64,000 nucleotides of DNA from Candidatus Methanoperedenaceae archaeon (GTDB taxonomy: Archaea > Halobacteriota > Methanosarcinia > Methanosarcinales > Methanoperedenaceae). Below the pieces are notes generated by a model, which saw only the letters and a list, made by a program, of their open reading frames with translations, ran no database searches and was not told the DNA's origin. Shown one piece after another: positions 28,965 through 38,670 of this stretch; positions within the stretch are counted from its first letter, which is position 1, and each line of letters begins with the position of its first letter. The stretch is from NCBI GenBank assembly GCA_963753595.1, contig CAVWCX010000007.1, positions 118,424-182,423 on the forward strand. The letters run 5' to 3'. A program made the position numbers and the translations under genes.

Positions 28965-29185
28965 GCTGTCACTTCAAGGGCAACAAGACTGAAAGAGTTA
29001 ATCTTTTCAATTACCTCCCCGCTTTCGAGAATATCTTCTATGTGCAGGCGGATAGCGTCTTTTATATTTTCGAGGGCTTCCTCATAAGTATCCCCCTGAG
29101 AGTAACAGCCCTGCAAAGCCGGGCACATTGCAAAATAGCCATCATCGTCTTTTTCTATTACAACAGGGAGGGTATATTTTTCCAT
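28961..29185 (-). CDS. hicB: HicB-family antitoxin
   Basis: VVIEKDDDGYFAMCPALQGCYSQGDTYEEALENIKDAI. Confidence 0.9.
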   Translation of the reverse strand: MEKYTLPVVIEKDDDGYFAMCPALQGCYSQGDTYEEALENIKDAIRLHIEDILESGEVIEKINSFSLVALEVTA

Positions 29186-29274
29186 AGATAGATTCCTTTC
29201 AAATCTAATTGATTTGGAAAGTATTTAATGATTACATTTCCCACTTCTGTTAGTTTCATCAAGCATACTTTTCC

Positions 29275-29524
29275 AATAAGAGGTGGAATTATGGAATTCA
29301 ATGAAAAAACCGTTGGTTACATATTGTATGCAGTAGGAATTGTTGGCGGCGTGGAAGGAGCTACTAATGCGCGTCCGGGATCAAGCCTTGTGATAAGTAT
29401 TGTATCCATTGTCGTTATCATAATCGGCAGCTATCTATTAGCGAAGAAATAATACTTTTTTTAATATTTTGATCTTTTTTCAGGCATCGGGGAATGTGAA
29501 TAACAGAACATTTAGCAAAGGAAT
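29275..29524 (+). repeat. 250-bp direct repeat, copy 2
   Basis: Near-identical to 28574-28823. Confidence 0.95.
29291..29452 (+). CDS. 53-aa two-TM membrane microprotein, copy 2
   Basis: Same as copy 1 apart from L>S and M>I; RBS GAGGTG. Confidence 0.75.
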   Translation: MEFNEKTVGYILYAVGIVGGVEGATNARPGSSLVISIVSIVVIIIGSYLLAKK

Positions 29525-29904
29525 ATTCGTCACTACCTAGGACTCCGCTTCGCTAAAGTCCAAGGCATCAACTTGGTGCATGAAGTTTTTTATCTTCGAT
29601 TGGTTGTTTTGGCCATTATCAAAGGGGGGCACAGAACAGGCATATGTGTAATCGCTCTTATGTGCTTCTTTTGTCATGAATCGTTGTGTATATAAGGTCG
29701 GTAAATTGCGTATGAAATCAATGAGTTTGGCATTTTTGTTCTTACATCTGGTATACAAGTTATTCATGCTCATGAAATAGACAAATAAATAGTTACTGGT
29801 TTCTTTGGATTTATGTGACATAATTACTCACATACCCTGACAAAAACATAAGTTATATATACAATGTGGATAAACAATTTATCAGTGTGGTGAAATAATT
29901 GTTC

Positions 29905-29939
29905 TTTTTTTTCAAGAGTAAAAGTATCTTGAAAAAAAA
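29905..29939. promoter_or_regulatory. Inverted repeat (13-bp arms, 9-bp spacer), candidate operator
   Basis: TTTTTTTTCAAGA gtaaaagta TCTTGAAAAAAAA upstream of the protease island. Confidence 0.4.
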
Positions 29940-29983
29940 TAAAAAGAACATTTTTCAAATGAAGATTGGAGGTTAGAAGCGAT

Positions 29984-32860
29984 ATGAAAGAAGATACCGA
30001 GATAACAAGAAGAAGAAAAACTAATGATTATATAGTTTATGGACGAGTTACATATTCCGAGTCAGGCCAGCCGGCAGTTGGCGTGCATGTCACTGCAATG
30101 GATGCCGACCTGCTATTTGACGACAAGCTTGGCGTAGCCACAACGGATGATGATGGCCGGTTCAATATAACCTATGGAGTTGATAAATTCCGCGATCTTT
30201 TCGAGCGTGCGCCTGATATCTATTTATTTATTCACGATGAGCACGGTTGCCTATTGACAACTACGAGAGATTCGGTTATCTGCGATGCAGGGGCCACACA
30301 AGAAATCCTTGTGCAATTGCTTGGGGCTGGTCCCGAAAAAAAGCCGCCGACCACAGAAGTAGGCAGCATTCTGGTTAACCGTCGTGCTTTCGAACGGTTG
30401 GAGCCACAAATCGTACTAGGAATAGCTGACTTTGCGATCCAAGGTCGTGGCGACCCCAAAAAATTCACGAGGATTATGAAGGAGTTAAGCCCAGAATTAA
30501 CCCCCGAGCATCTCAATGCCCAGTTTTGCTTTACTCCTTTATTAAAATTTCTCCGTGATACTATCCAGATAAAAGGGTGGCCACGTGAAATTCGCTTGCG
30601 TCTTGAGGAGATATTGACTGGTTATGATCCGGAAGCAAGCTATGCTACATTTAGCTGCCCAAACTTCACAATAACCTATCAAAATAGCGGAACTGACCAA
30701 CCCCCCACGGCTGATACGGGTGGTAACATCACAATGCCGGGCACAGGAACAGTTGTTGGAACAACTACAGGGGGAAATGGTGTTCCAGACTACATTGAAA
30801 AGCTTTGTTTCTGGATTGGAAATGCGCTCGCCCGCTACACTAATCCGCCATTCAGCCTAAGGAACCCCGCGGCGAGTGGGAATATTCCTGTAAATGTCAC
30901 AGGTACAGCGGCGGGTTTTGCAGGCGGGGGATCGATGACCATTGGAAGGAATCTCAACGATGATCTGCTCGCGGCTGTTCCCACTCACGAACTGATGCAC
31001 CTGATCCAAGAGCTGTATGAGGGAGCTGGCACTACAGGTGGCTGGAATCCGGGAATGACCGAAGGAGGGGCAGTGCTTGGAGAGGACGTTGTATTTGATA
31101 CCCACAATCGCTACATTGTACAAGCTGGCACGTCAGGTTCATTAGCATTTCCGAACACGTCGATTAAAGATTCCAGTAAGCGATACGAGTTGGCGTTGTT
31201 CTTGAAGTACATCTCCGAGCAGCAATCTTCGAGGATCAACCCTGGTGATGAACCAGCAATTGGTGTGGAAACCTATAGGACACTCCTCGAGGGGTTTGAC
31301 GCAAGTGGCTACACCGATGCTGCTTTCGCAACAGCAATTGGTCAATTGCCGTGGTATCAGGGTTTTTATGAGTTCAGCTACTTGGATCCAGCAAGGTTTG
31401 ATGAGACCTCGTCAGAGACTCTTCTGGGCAATTTCTGGCTCGCATGCTACCTCAAGGACTTCGGTATCAACGTGCCAGATCGCCGATTTGACTTCATGGA
31501 GGACGAGGAGAATGCCACTTGGGACACAATATTCATGGGTGCAGATACAGTTAGCACATTGGGCACAGTGGCCCTAACTTCTACTAACACGTTGAACAGT
31601 GGGGGCAGCCTCACTCTAAGTTCCGGAATTGGAGGAACGGTCGATCCTTTTGCAGCTCGCTTCTACAAAGTCAACATAGCCGCAGGTGTAGATACACTGC
31701 GAGTGGACTTCACGAATAGTCCAGGCTTTTCTCGGCCTCTGGTGCAGATCGTATTAGTCGAGCCGGGCAACATCGTCCGTGACATTCTCAGATATGACAG
31801 AGCTACTTTATCACGTACAATTGCCAACGCCCGCGGCGGAACTAATTTGGATTACATCCTTATTGTTGTTGCCGGCACTAACACTGGGGGCTTATTTACT
31901 CTGACGGCGAGAGATGTTCCACCTGCTCCAGATATCATGGTTACCCGCTGGCACCATGTTGCAGGCACTCACTATGAGATTGACTCTTTAGGGTGGGCTT
32001 GGACATGGATTTCGCCTGACATATGGGTAGACAATGATGGAAATGGTCTTGCAGATAGTGAGGTTTTCTTCAACCAGAACAATAAGTTGTTTATTCGTCT
32101 CCGCAATCAAGGCCATATCAGCGCCTCAGGCATAGGGGTCGACTTCTGGTATCAAGATGCTTCGGGGGGCTTGAGCGACTCGGCATGGCTTCCTGTTCAG
32201 AATACTGCGGGAGCGACACAAGTATTAACTGGCTTGAGTTTAGCAGCGGAGGCAACAGACAAATGGTCTGTGGATTGGGCGCCTGTGCCGTCTGGGACGA
32301 GCAAACATTTCTGTATTAGAGCAGTCGTTACCGTGCCAGGAGATCCAAATACAGATAACAAACGATGCCTATCAAACTTTGCTAATGTCCATGCTTATGG
32401 TCCATACATTGACCTTCCACTACTTCGCCGCCTGCCACGAAAATTCAGAGATTTCCGCATCGATGTTATTCCGCGAACTTATGGTCGGCTTTTCGTCTCA
32501 ACCAGTGATTTAGCTCATGCCGAAACAATCGACATCAAGCCAGGGCAGGAAGTTACCGATACATTCCGGATCCGTCGCCGAGCCGAGTTAATCCAACAGA
32601 CCGGTCATGTTGATGCGACTACTGAATTTTTAGCTAAAAGGCCTTGCCCTAGCAGAGAAAAAAGTAGCCGGCGAGAGATCAGGCCAGACCCATTTGGGCA
32701 CTACCCAACAAATTCCCGAGCCCTGCCACCTGGTTTGGAAAATGTCCCGCTGGTCACTATTGCCCATGTCGTAGACGGGAGGCCTATAGGCGGCTTCACT
32801 TGGGCTATCCGTGAGGATGAAAAGATAACCAAGAAGAAAGGTAAACGTATGGGACAATAG
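29984..32860 (+). CDS. Large multidomain zinc metalloprotease-like protein (transthyretin/Cna-B-like N-domain, HExxH, Ig/CARDB-like C-domain)
   Basis: VYGRV..GQPAVGV..MDADLLFDDKLG..TDDDGRF; THELMHLIQ..MTEGGA; WISPDIWVD..N.LFIRLRNQG; RBS GGAGGT before ATG 29984. Confidence 0.75.
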   Translation: MKEDTEITRRRKTNDYIVYGRVTYSESGQPAVGVHVTAMDADLLFDDKLGVATTDDDGRFNITYGVDKFRDLFERAPDIYLFIHDEHGCLLTTTRDSVICDAGATQEILVQLLGAGPEKKPPTTEVGSILVNRRAFERLEPQIVLGIADFAIQGRGDPKKFTRIMKELSPELTPEHLNAQFCFTPLLKFLRDTIQIKGWPREIRLRLEEILTGYDPEASYATFSCPNFTITYQNSGTDQPPTADTGGNITMPGTGTVVGTTTGGNGVPDYIEKLCFWIGNALARYTNPPFSLRNPAASGNIPVNVTGTAAGFAGGGSMTIGRNLNDDLLAAVPTHELMHLIQELYEGAGTTGGWNPGMTEGGAVLGEDVVFDTHNRYIVQAGTSGSLAFPNTSIKDSSKRYELALFLKYISEQQSSRINPGDEPAIGVETYRTLLEGFDASGYTDAAFATAIGQLPWYQGFYEFSYLDPARFDETSSETLLGNFWLACYLKDFGINVPDRRFDFMEDEENATWDTIFMGADTVSTLGTVALTSTNTLNSGGSLTLSSGIGGTVDPFAARFYKVNIAAGVDTLRVDFTNSPGFSRPLVQIVLVEPGNIVRDILRYDRATLSRTIANARGGTNLDYILIVVAGTNTGGLFTLTARDVPPAPDIMVTRWHHVAGTHYEIDSLGWAWTWISPDIWVDNDGNGLADSEVFFNQNNKLFIRLRNQGHISASGIGVDFWYQDASGGLSDSAWLPVQNTAGATQVLTGLSLAAEATDKWSVDWAPVPSGTSKHFCIRAVVTVPGDPNTDNKRCLSNFANVHAYGPYIDLPLLRRLPRKFRDFRIDVIPRTYGRLFVSTSDLAHAETIDIKPGQEVTDTFRIRRRAELIQQTGHVDATTEFLAKRPCPSREKSSRREIRPDPFGHYPTNSRALPPGLENVPLVTIAHVVDGRPIGGFTWAIREDEKITKKKGKRMGQ

Positions 32861-32861
32861 G

Positions 32862-34973
32862 GTGCAATTGGAGGATATAATAGTGCCCAAAAAGGATAAA
32901 ATGTCAATAATCATGTTCCTAGACCAGACGTTCGGGACCCTCAGGCTGATTCGACAGGGAAGCTCGATCAGTTTGGGAGGAATCGATCTCGCACCTGGTA
33001 CGGCTGATGCTCTGGCACATCTCAAAGAAGCTGGCACCCGGATAACGCTGGTTACATTGGAACCACTATCCCAGCAAGCACAGCAAGTTTTAAATCAATT
33101 CCTTCCATCGATTGAGAATATCATCCCATTTGAGCGAGACATAACCAATACACTTTCTACTTGTGCGAAGCAGCTTTCAGTTGATCTGAAGCAAACAATT
33201 TTCGTTGCAGCCGATCGCATGTGGAGAGGCGCGGCGACAGAGCAGGGATGCCTTGCCGTTTCTCATCCAACAATTGCAGCTCTTGTAGCTCGTGGATGTT
33301 CTCTCCAGTTTGCCTATGCGACCGGGGATCGTGAGCAGTTCAACCGAATTTCTGAAGTCATTCCTTATTTCTGGGAACGAAATGAAAATGGCTCATGGAG
33401 TTTACTGGCTGTAATGTCTCATGCTGCTGTTGCCGAAGCTGTTGGACGGCGAATTCGAGTCGAAATTCTGCCACTTGATATATCCAAAGAGGATCCTCTC
33501 TTAGTTCAGCTTGACGAGATCAACGAACGTGCCAAAGAAGAACTAAAAAAACAGAAAATACTATTCGCTGACGGTCGGAGAATGCTTGTAGCATTAGGTC
33601 CTTCTATTTTCAACGATTCTCTTGCTATCCATGGATGGCACTTTCAATTCCTGATGCCCAGCCCAGAGTTGCTGCAACCTGCTACCAATACATCCATTGC
33701 TATTCGGGAAGCTCAGGTGGCTTTTGGCAAGTGGCCTCTAGACAAGGTCAAAGTCGGACGAATCCAAATCGATCCAGACATTTTAGACATTATTCTGAAT
33801 CGGTGCCCTTCAACAGCAATATCTTTTCAAGCTGATATCGATCGCTATCGTGGGGCTTCCAATCTGGACAGTTCCGGCCCAATTATATCGAGGCATATAC
33901 GGCATTCCGACAATCAAAGGACAGTGCAGGCTATTGTGAACGAGTTGAATGAGATGGGGTATTGTGCTTATACTCATAGTTTCACTCACGCTGGAATGAC
34001 ATTGAACAATGTCATCGCCGATTTGCCTGGAACTGGCTATTTCAGACTAGATCCGAATATCCGGGAACGAGTGAAGGAAATCTTTTTAAAGCATCCTTTC
34101 CCTGATCCGCCAGATCCTTGGATAAAATCCATCTCCAAACTTGTAGGAATGAAGTGGTTCAAGGATCAAAACTTCAATAGGCTTTCTCCTTTAAAGTTAA
34201 GAAGCACACTTGAAACAATGTTTGAACTTAAGCCTTGGTTTCCCTGGTGGCTGAAACGATGCCCGCTTGCTGGACTGGGGTCGCAGATCATTATTGTTGG
34301 CTGCCATCTGGATTCTACTGCTGCTAGAGATGTAGGATATAATCCCCTCACGGATCCTGCTCCTGGTGCCGACGACGATGCTTCTGGAATTGTAGCTACA
34401 CTAGCGATTGCCCGTTATCTATCAGGCTTTCGCGGGAAACTGACACATTCCGTGCGTTTCTGCTTCTTCAACGCAGAGGATTCTGGCTTGGTTGGCAGCA
34501 AAGCATATGCTGCAATGCTGAAAGCATCAGGTGCTCCGATTAAGGCAGTTGTTTGCATGGATATGATTGGTTATAATAGCGACGCAGCGCGCATATTCGA
34601 AATACACGCAGGGTACACCGATCCTGCTGTGCGCGATAATAGCGCGCCAATCGCTGACTCGATTGCGACGTGGGCTTCCTGCTTAGGAGCTTTGGCTCCT
34701 GCTCAAATATACAAGGGTACGAGCAGTGCCAGCGGAGCAGACCGAAACCTCTATGATGGCGCAATCAATCGTAGCGACCATGCTGCTTTTCACCAACAAG
34801 GCTACCCTGCAGTAGTAGTCTCAGAAGATTTCTTTGTCAATCTCGCATCAGAGCCTGGCGTGGATCCAAATCCGAACTACCATAGGGGAGATGATACGGT
34901 CATCGATAGTGCCTATGCCTCAAATATAACCTGTGCCGTATCTTTCGCTATTAAGGAGCTTGCCAGAGGATAA
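32862..34973 (+). CDS. M28-family metallopeptidase with degenerate HAD-like N-terminal domain
   Basis: GCHLDS, PGADDDASG, FNAEDSGLVGS, MDMIG, RSDH, NPNYH; N-terminal FLDQTFGTL; start may be ATG 32901. Confidence 0.85.
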   Translation: MQLEDIIVPKKDKMSIIMFLDQTFGTLRLIRQGSSISLGGIDLAPGTADALAHLKEAGTRITLVTLEPLSQQAQQVLNQFLPSIENIIPFERDITNTLSTCAKQLSVDLKQTIFVAADRMWRGAATEQGCLAVSHPTIAALVARGCSLQFAYATGDREQFNRISEVIPYFWERNENGSWSLLAVMSHAAVAEAVGRRIRVEILPLDISKEDPLLVQLDEINERAKEELKKQKILFADGRRMLVALGPSIFNDSLAIHGWHFQFLMPSPELLQPATNTSIAIREAQVAFGKWPLDKVKVGRIQIDPDILDIILNRCPSTAISFQADIDRYRGASNLDSSGPIISRHIRHSDNQRTVQAIVNELNEMGYCAYTHSFTHAGMTLNNVIADLPGTGYFRLDPNIRERVKEIFLKHPFPDPPDPWIKSISKLVGMKWFKDQNFNRLSPLKLRSTLETMFELKPWFPWWLKRCPLAGLGSQIIIVGCHLDSTAARDVGYNPLTDPAPGADDDASGIVATLAIARYLSGFRGKLTHSVRFCFFNAEDSGLVGSKAYAAMLKASGAPIKAVVCMDMIGYNSDAARIFEIHAGYTDPAVRDNSAPIADSIATWASCLGALAPAQIYKGTSSASGADRNLYDGAINRSDHAAFHQQGYPAVVVSEDFFVNLASEPGVDPNPNYHRGDDTVIDSAYASNITCAVSFAIKELARG

Positions 34974-35397
34974 GAGAGACTGCAATGCTATGTGAAAATT
35001 AGAGCTCGCAATAGGATTTTTACGACAGAAAATCAAAAAAGTCATGCGACCCTAGAAGTATAGACATGTTCCATTTCATGGTGTTTATTTTCCTAATCGC
35101 TATTCTTTTTGGTTAAATACGTACCCCAACTTAACACCACGATTTTTATTCGGGATTCCTATCGCCTATACGAGCATAACACCTCTATCGCCTTCAGTCA
35201 CCGGTATACCCCGTACGATGTACGAGGCCTGTATAACTGCATCAGCCCCCTATTAGACCCTAATTCTCCACTATATACTATTTGAATTAAATGGTTTTGT
35301 GTTGCACACTGGCTTTAATACCAGGACGAATTGAAACATTCTCCTTTTTCCCAATAATTTAATTACATCAACATACAATTAGAACCGGAGTGAAATT

Positions 35398-36444
35398 ATG
35401 TTTGATAGAAAAGCGCTTTTAGAGAGATTATCGAATGCCCATGGTGTTTCAGGGTATGAAGGAAATATAAGGCAGATCATTGAAGAGGAAGTCAGGCCTT
35501 ATGTTGATGAAATAAAAACTGATAAGATGGGCAATCTCATTGCTACAAAAAAAGGAAAAAAACCTGTCGTGATGCTTGCCGCCCATATGGATGAGATCGG
35601 CTTGATGGTAAAATATGTTGACGATAAAGGCTTTGCACGTTTCACAAAAACCGGAGGATGGTTCGACCAGACCCTCCTTAACCAGAGGATGATATTGCAT
35701 ACGGAGAACGGCCCTGTTTATGGTGTTCTTGGTTCCAAACCTCCGCATGTGATAAAAGAAGAGGAGAAGAATAAAGTAATAAAAGCCGATGACATGTTCA
35801 TTGATGTGGGAGCAACAAGCAAGGAAGATGCGGATAAAATAGGTGTAAAAACCGGAACCCCGGTCACTTCAGATATTGATTTTAAATCCCTGGGAAATGA
35901 CTTTGTCACTGGAAAGGCTTTTGATAACAGGGCAGGCTGCGTAATGCTGATCGAAGCGCTTAGCATGATGAAAGATGTAAAAGCCACAGTCCATGCAGTG
36001 TTTACTGTACAGGAAGAAGTAGGATTAAAAGGAGCAAAAACATCTGCTTTCAGATTGAATCCTGATGTCGCTCTTGCTACTGATGTCACAATAACAGGAG
36101 ACCATCCGGGAATTGATAAAAAAGATTCTTCTATTGAGATGGGAAAAGGTCCTTCAGTCACCGTAAGTGATGCTGACGGGCGCGGGATAATCGTTCCTGA
36201 ATCTGTATTGAAATGGCTAAAGGAGGCTGCCGGTTCTAGCATCCCATACCAGCTTGAAGTGGGAAGCGGCGGCACTACTGATGCAACAGCGATACACCTT
36301 ACAAAGGAAGGAATACCCACAGGTGTTATCAGCATGCCTACACGTTATATCCATACTCCCGTATCAGTGTTGAGCATGGCAGACCTTGAAAAGAGCGCAG
36401 AATTGATCGCAAAGGCAGTTGAAATCGTGGATAAGTTTTTCTGA
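35398..36444 (+). CDS. M42-family (TET) aminopeptidase
   Basis: AAHMDEIG, KAFDNRAG, TVQEEVG, GGTTDA, RYIHTP. Confidence 0.95.
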   Translation: MFDRKALLERLSNAHGVSGYEGNIRQIIEEEVRPYVDEIKTDKMGNLIATKKGKKPVVMLAAHMDEIGLMVKYVDDKGFARFTKTGGWFDQTLLNQRMILHTENGPVYGVLGSKPPHVIKEEEKNKVIKADDMFIDVGATSKEDADKIGVKTGTPVTSDIDFKSLGNDFVTGKAFDNRAGCVMLIEALSMMKDVKATVHAVFTVQEEVGLKGAKTSAFRLNPDVALATDVTITGDHPGIDKKDSSIEMGKGPSVTVSDADGRGIIVPESVLKWLKEAAGSSIPYQLEVGSGGTTDATAIHLTKEGIPTGVISMPTRYIHTPVSVLSMADLEKSAELIAKAVEIVDKFF

Positions 36445-36494
36445 ATAGAGGCTATTATTGTTGACATTATAATTAATAAGATGGTGATATAAAT

Positions 36495-36674
36495 ATGAAG
36501 AATGTTGAAATGTCAGTAGAAGGGAACATCTTAACGATAAAGGTGGATTTGACAAAGGATTTCGGGCCATCAGCATCAGGGAAAACTATCATTATAGCAT
36601 CGAGTGAAGGCAACCAGTCCATACCTGGAAAGGAAGCTTTGAAAATAGGATTGAATGTTTATAAGAAGAAATAA
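36495..36674 (+). CDS. 59-aa conserved hypothetical protein
   Basis: Manual: MKNVEMSVEGNILTIKVDLTKDFGPSASGKTIIIASSEGNQSIPGKEALKIGLNVYKKK; RBS GGTGA. Confidence 0.85.
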   Translation: MKNVEMSVEGNILTIKVDLTKDFGPSASGKTIIIASSEGNQSIPGKEALKIGLNVYKKK

Positions 36675-36725
36675 AATCGCAGATAAATCCAGATTATGGA
36701 AATTATTGAGTAATAGTGCACAAAT

Positions 36726-37019
36726 ATGAAAACCATCGGTGAAATAAAATCAATCCTTTCAGAGCAGAAGCATAAGCTAAGAAAGACGTACAGAGTAAAA
36801 GAGATAGGAATTTTTGGCTCTTATGTCCGGGGAGAACAGAAAGAAATATCCGATCTTGATGTTCTCGTTGAATTTGATGAGCCAGTTAGTCTTCTCTGGC
36901 TTGTAAAAGTTGAGATATATCTGTCTGAGCTTTTAGGCATAAAGGTTGACCTCGTGCCCAAAAAGGACGTAAGACCTGAGCTAAAAGAAAGAATTCTTAA
37001 AGAGGCGGTATATCTGTGA
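36726..37019 (+). CDS. MNT minimal nucleotidyltransferase (MntA-type antitoxin)
   Basis: IFGSYVRGEQ..SDLDVLVEF, KVDLV. Confidence 0.92.
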   Translation: MKTIGEIKSILSEQKHKLRKTYRVKEIGIFGSYVRGEQKEISDLDVLVEFDEPVSLLWLVKVEIYLSELLGIKVDLVPKKDVRPELKERILKEAVYL

Positions 37020-37057
37020 ATCGTGATATTTCCATTTATCTTAAGGATATCCTCTGA
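37016..37057 (+). pseudogene. HEPN (DUF86/HepT) toxin stub, 13 codons
   Basis: GTGA overlap with the MNT stop; (M)NRDISIYLKDIL* resembles the DUF86 N-terminus; the rest is absent. Confidence 0.65.
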
Positions 37058-37130
37058 CAGAAAAAGTAATATACAACTCAAGACCGTTATACTGGATTCA
37101 CAATCAATAAAATAATAGAAGGGATTTCCT

Positions 37131-38615
37131 TTATTTAAAAATATAAAAATACTCGATACCACCCTCAGGGACGGAGAACAGACACCCGGAGTTTCACTCA
37201 CAACAGAGAACAAGCTATTGATCGCAAGAAAGATAGACAGCCTTGGCGTTGATATTCTGGAAGCAGGTTCTGCTATTACTTCCGAGGGTGAGCGCGCTTC
37301 GATAAAAGAAATAGCAGCGGCAGGGTTGAATGCAGAGATATGCAGCTACTGCCGTATTAAGAAAGAAGATATTGATGCAGCCATTGCCTGTGATGTTGAC
37401 TCAATCCATCTTGTTGTACCTGTATCTGATCTTCATATCCAGCAGAAATTAAAAAAAGACAGGGATTCTGTCCGGGAACTGGCCGCAGAAATGACAGAGT
37501 ATGCAAAATCACATGGATTGATCGTCGAATTAAGCGGGGAAGATGCATCAAGGGCTGATCTTGAATACCTTAAATCCGTTTATAATGCAGGGATCGACGC
37601 GGGAGCTGACAGGCTGTGTTTTTGTGATACGGTAGGAATTCTTCTTCCTGAAAATACCTATGAGATCTTCACTGACCTTTCTTCGCTTCGTGCTCCTATA
37701 AGCGTTCATTGCCACAATGATTTCGGAATGGCTACAGCAAATACGATTTCAGCTCTGCGTGCAGGCGCAAATGAAGCCCATGTTACAATAAATGGCATCG
37801 GAGAACGCGCAGGGAACACCTCACTTGAAGAAGTGGTCATGGTTCTTTATTCATTATACAAATATAAAACAGCAATAGATATAAAAGGTTTATACACCAC
37901 TTCGCGTCTTGTCAGCAGGCTAAGCGGCATTCCGGTCGCTCCCAATAAGTCAATAGTAGGTGGAAATGCGTTCACTCATGAAGCGGGCATCCATGTTCAT
38001 GGACTTCTTGCAAATACCGCCACATACGAACCAATAACACCTGAACTTGTGGGACGTGAGCGAAAGATCGTACTCGGGAAACACGCAGGAAGAAGTTCAG
38101 TAGTTCTTGCATTAAAAGAACTGGGGCTGGATGCAAGTGAAAAACAGATCGATGATATCGTTATCCGGATGAAAGAACTTGGAGATAAAGGAAAACGTGT
38201 CACGGATGCAGATCTCCAGACAATAGCTGAAACAGTCCTTGGAATATACCAGGAAGCAAAGATCAAGCTGGAAGAACTTACTGTCGTAGCAGGAAATACT
38301 GTAATGCCTACTGCTTCCATCCGGTTGAAGGTCAACGGGAATCATGTCGTTGAAGCAGGCGTGGGAACAGGACCTGTGGATGCTGCAATAAATGCATTGA
38401 AAAAAGCCCTTTCAGGGGTAGCGGATATACATCTTGATGAATACCATGTTGATGCCATTACAGGCGGAACCGATGCCCTTGTTGAAGTCTGGATAAAACT
38501 CAGTAAAGGCGGGAAGACAATAACCGCAAGAGGCGCAAGGACAGACATCATAATGGCATCAGTTGAAGCAGTCCTTGAAGGCATAAACAGGTTAATACAA
38601 CAGGAAAAAAAATAG
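37131..38615 (+). CDS. cimA: (R)-citramalate / 2-isopropylmalate synthase family; start codon non-canonical or uncertain
   Basis: DTTLRDGEQTPG at 37155, upstream of the ORF-track start; HCHNDFG, GIGERAGN, HEAGIH; precedes ilvBN; cimA versus leuA is inferred. Confidence 0.8.
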   Translation, partial: LFKNIKILDTTLRDGEQTPGVSLTTENKLLIARKIDSLGVDILEAGSAITSEGERASIKEIAAAGLNAEICSYCRIKKEDIDAAIACDVDSIHLVVPVSDLHIQQKLKKDRDSVRELAAEMTEYAKSHGLIVELSGEDASRADLEYLKSVYNAGIDAGADRLCFCDTVGILLPENTYEIFTDLSSLRAPISVHCHNDFGMATANTISALRAGANEAHVTINGIGERAGNTSLEEVVMVLYSLYKYKTAIDIKGLYTTSRLVSRLSGIPVAPNKSIVGGNAFTHEAGIHVHGLLANTATYEPITPELVGRERKIVLGKHAGRSSVVLALKELGLDASEKQIDDIVIRMKELGDKGKRVTDADLQTIAETVLGIYQEAKIKLEELTVVAGNTVMPTASIRLKVNGNHVVEAGVGTGPVDAAINALKKALSGVADIHLDEYHVDAITGGTDALVEVWIKLSKGGKTITARGARTDIIMASVEAVLEGINRLIQQEKK

Positions 38616-38670
38616 ATCAAAATTTCAGAAATATTTATACAATATCAGTCAGTGTTAAAGGTAGATAAAA

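Noticed and set aside
29498-29562. attC-like hairpin (TAAC..TTTAGCAAAG...CTTCGCTAAA) after the duplicated microprotein gene
   Set aside because: No matching GTT R' box and no integron integrase in the window; too degenerate to call, though an attC covariance-model scan would be cheap.
29537-29821. 94-aa minus-strand ORF
   Set aside because: No motif or RBS; lies in the island's upstream AT-rich region; probably spurious.
35150-35260. GC-richer intergenic patch as a possible ncRNA or tRNA remnant at the island border
   Set aside because: No cloverleaf, T-loop consensus or clear stem found by eye.
35718-36335. Long antisense ORFs (also 853-1341, 40325-40903, 45780-46394, 54074-54577)
   Set aside because: Shadows of well-supported genes on the opposite strand.
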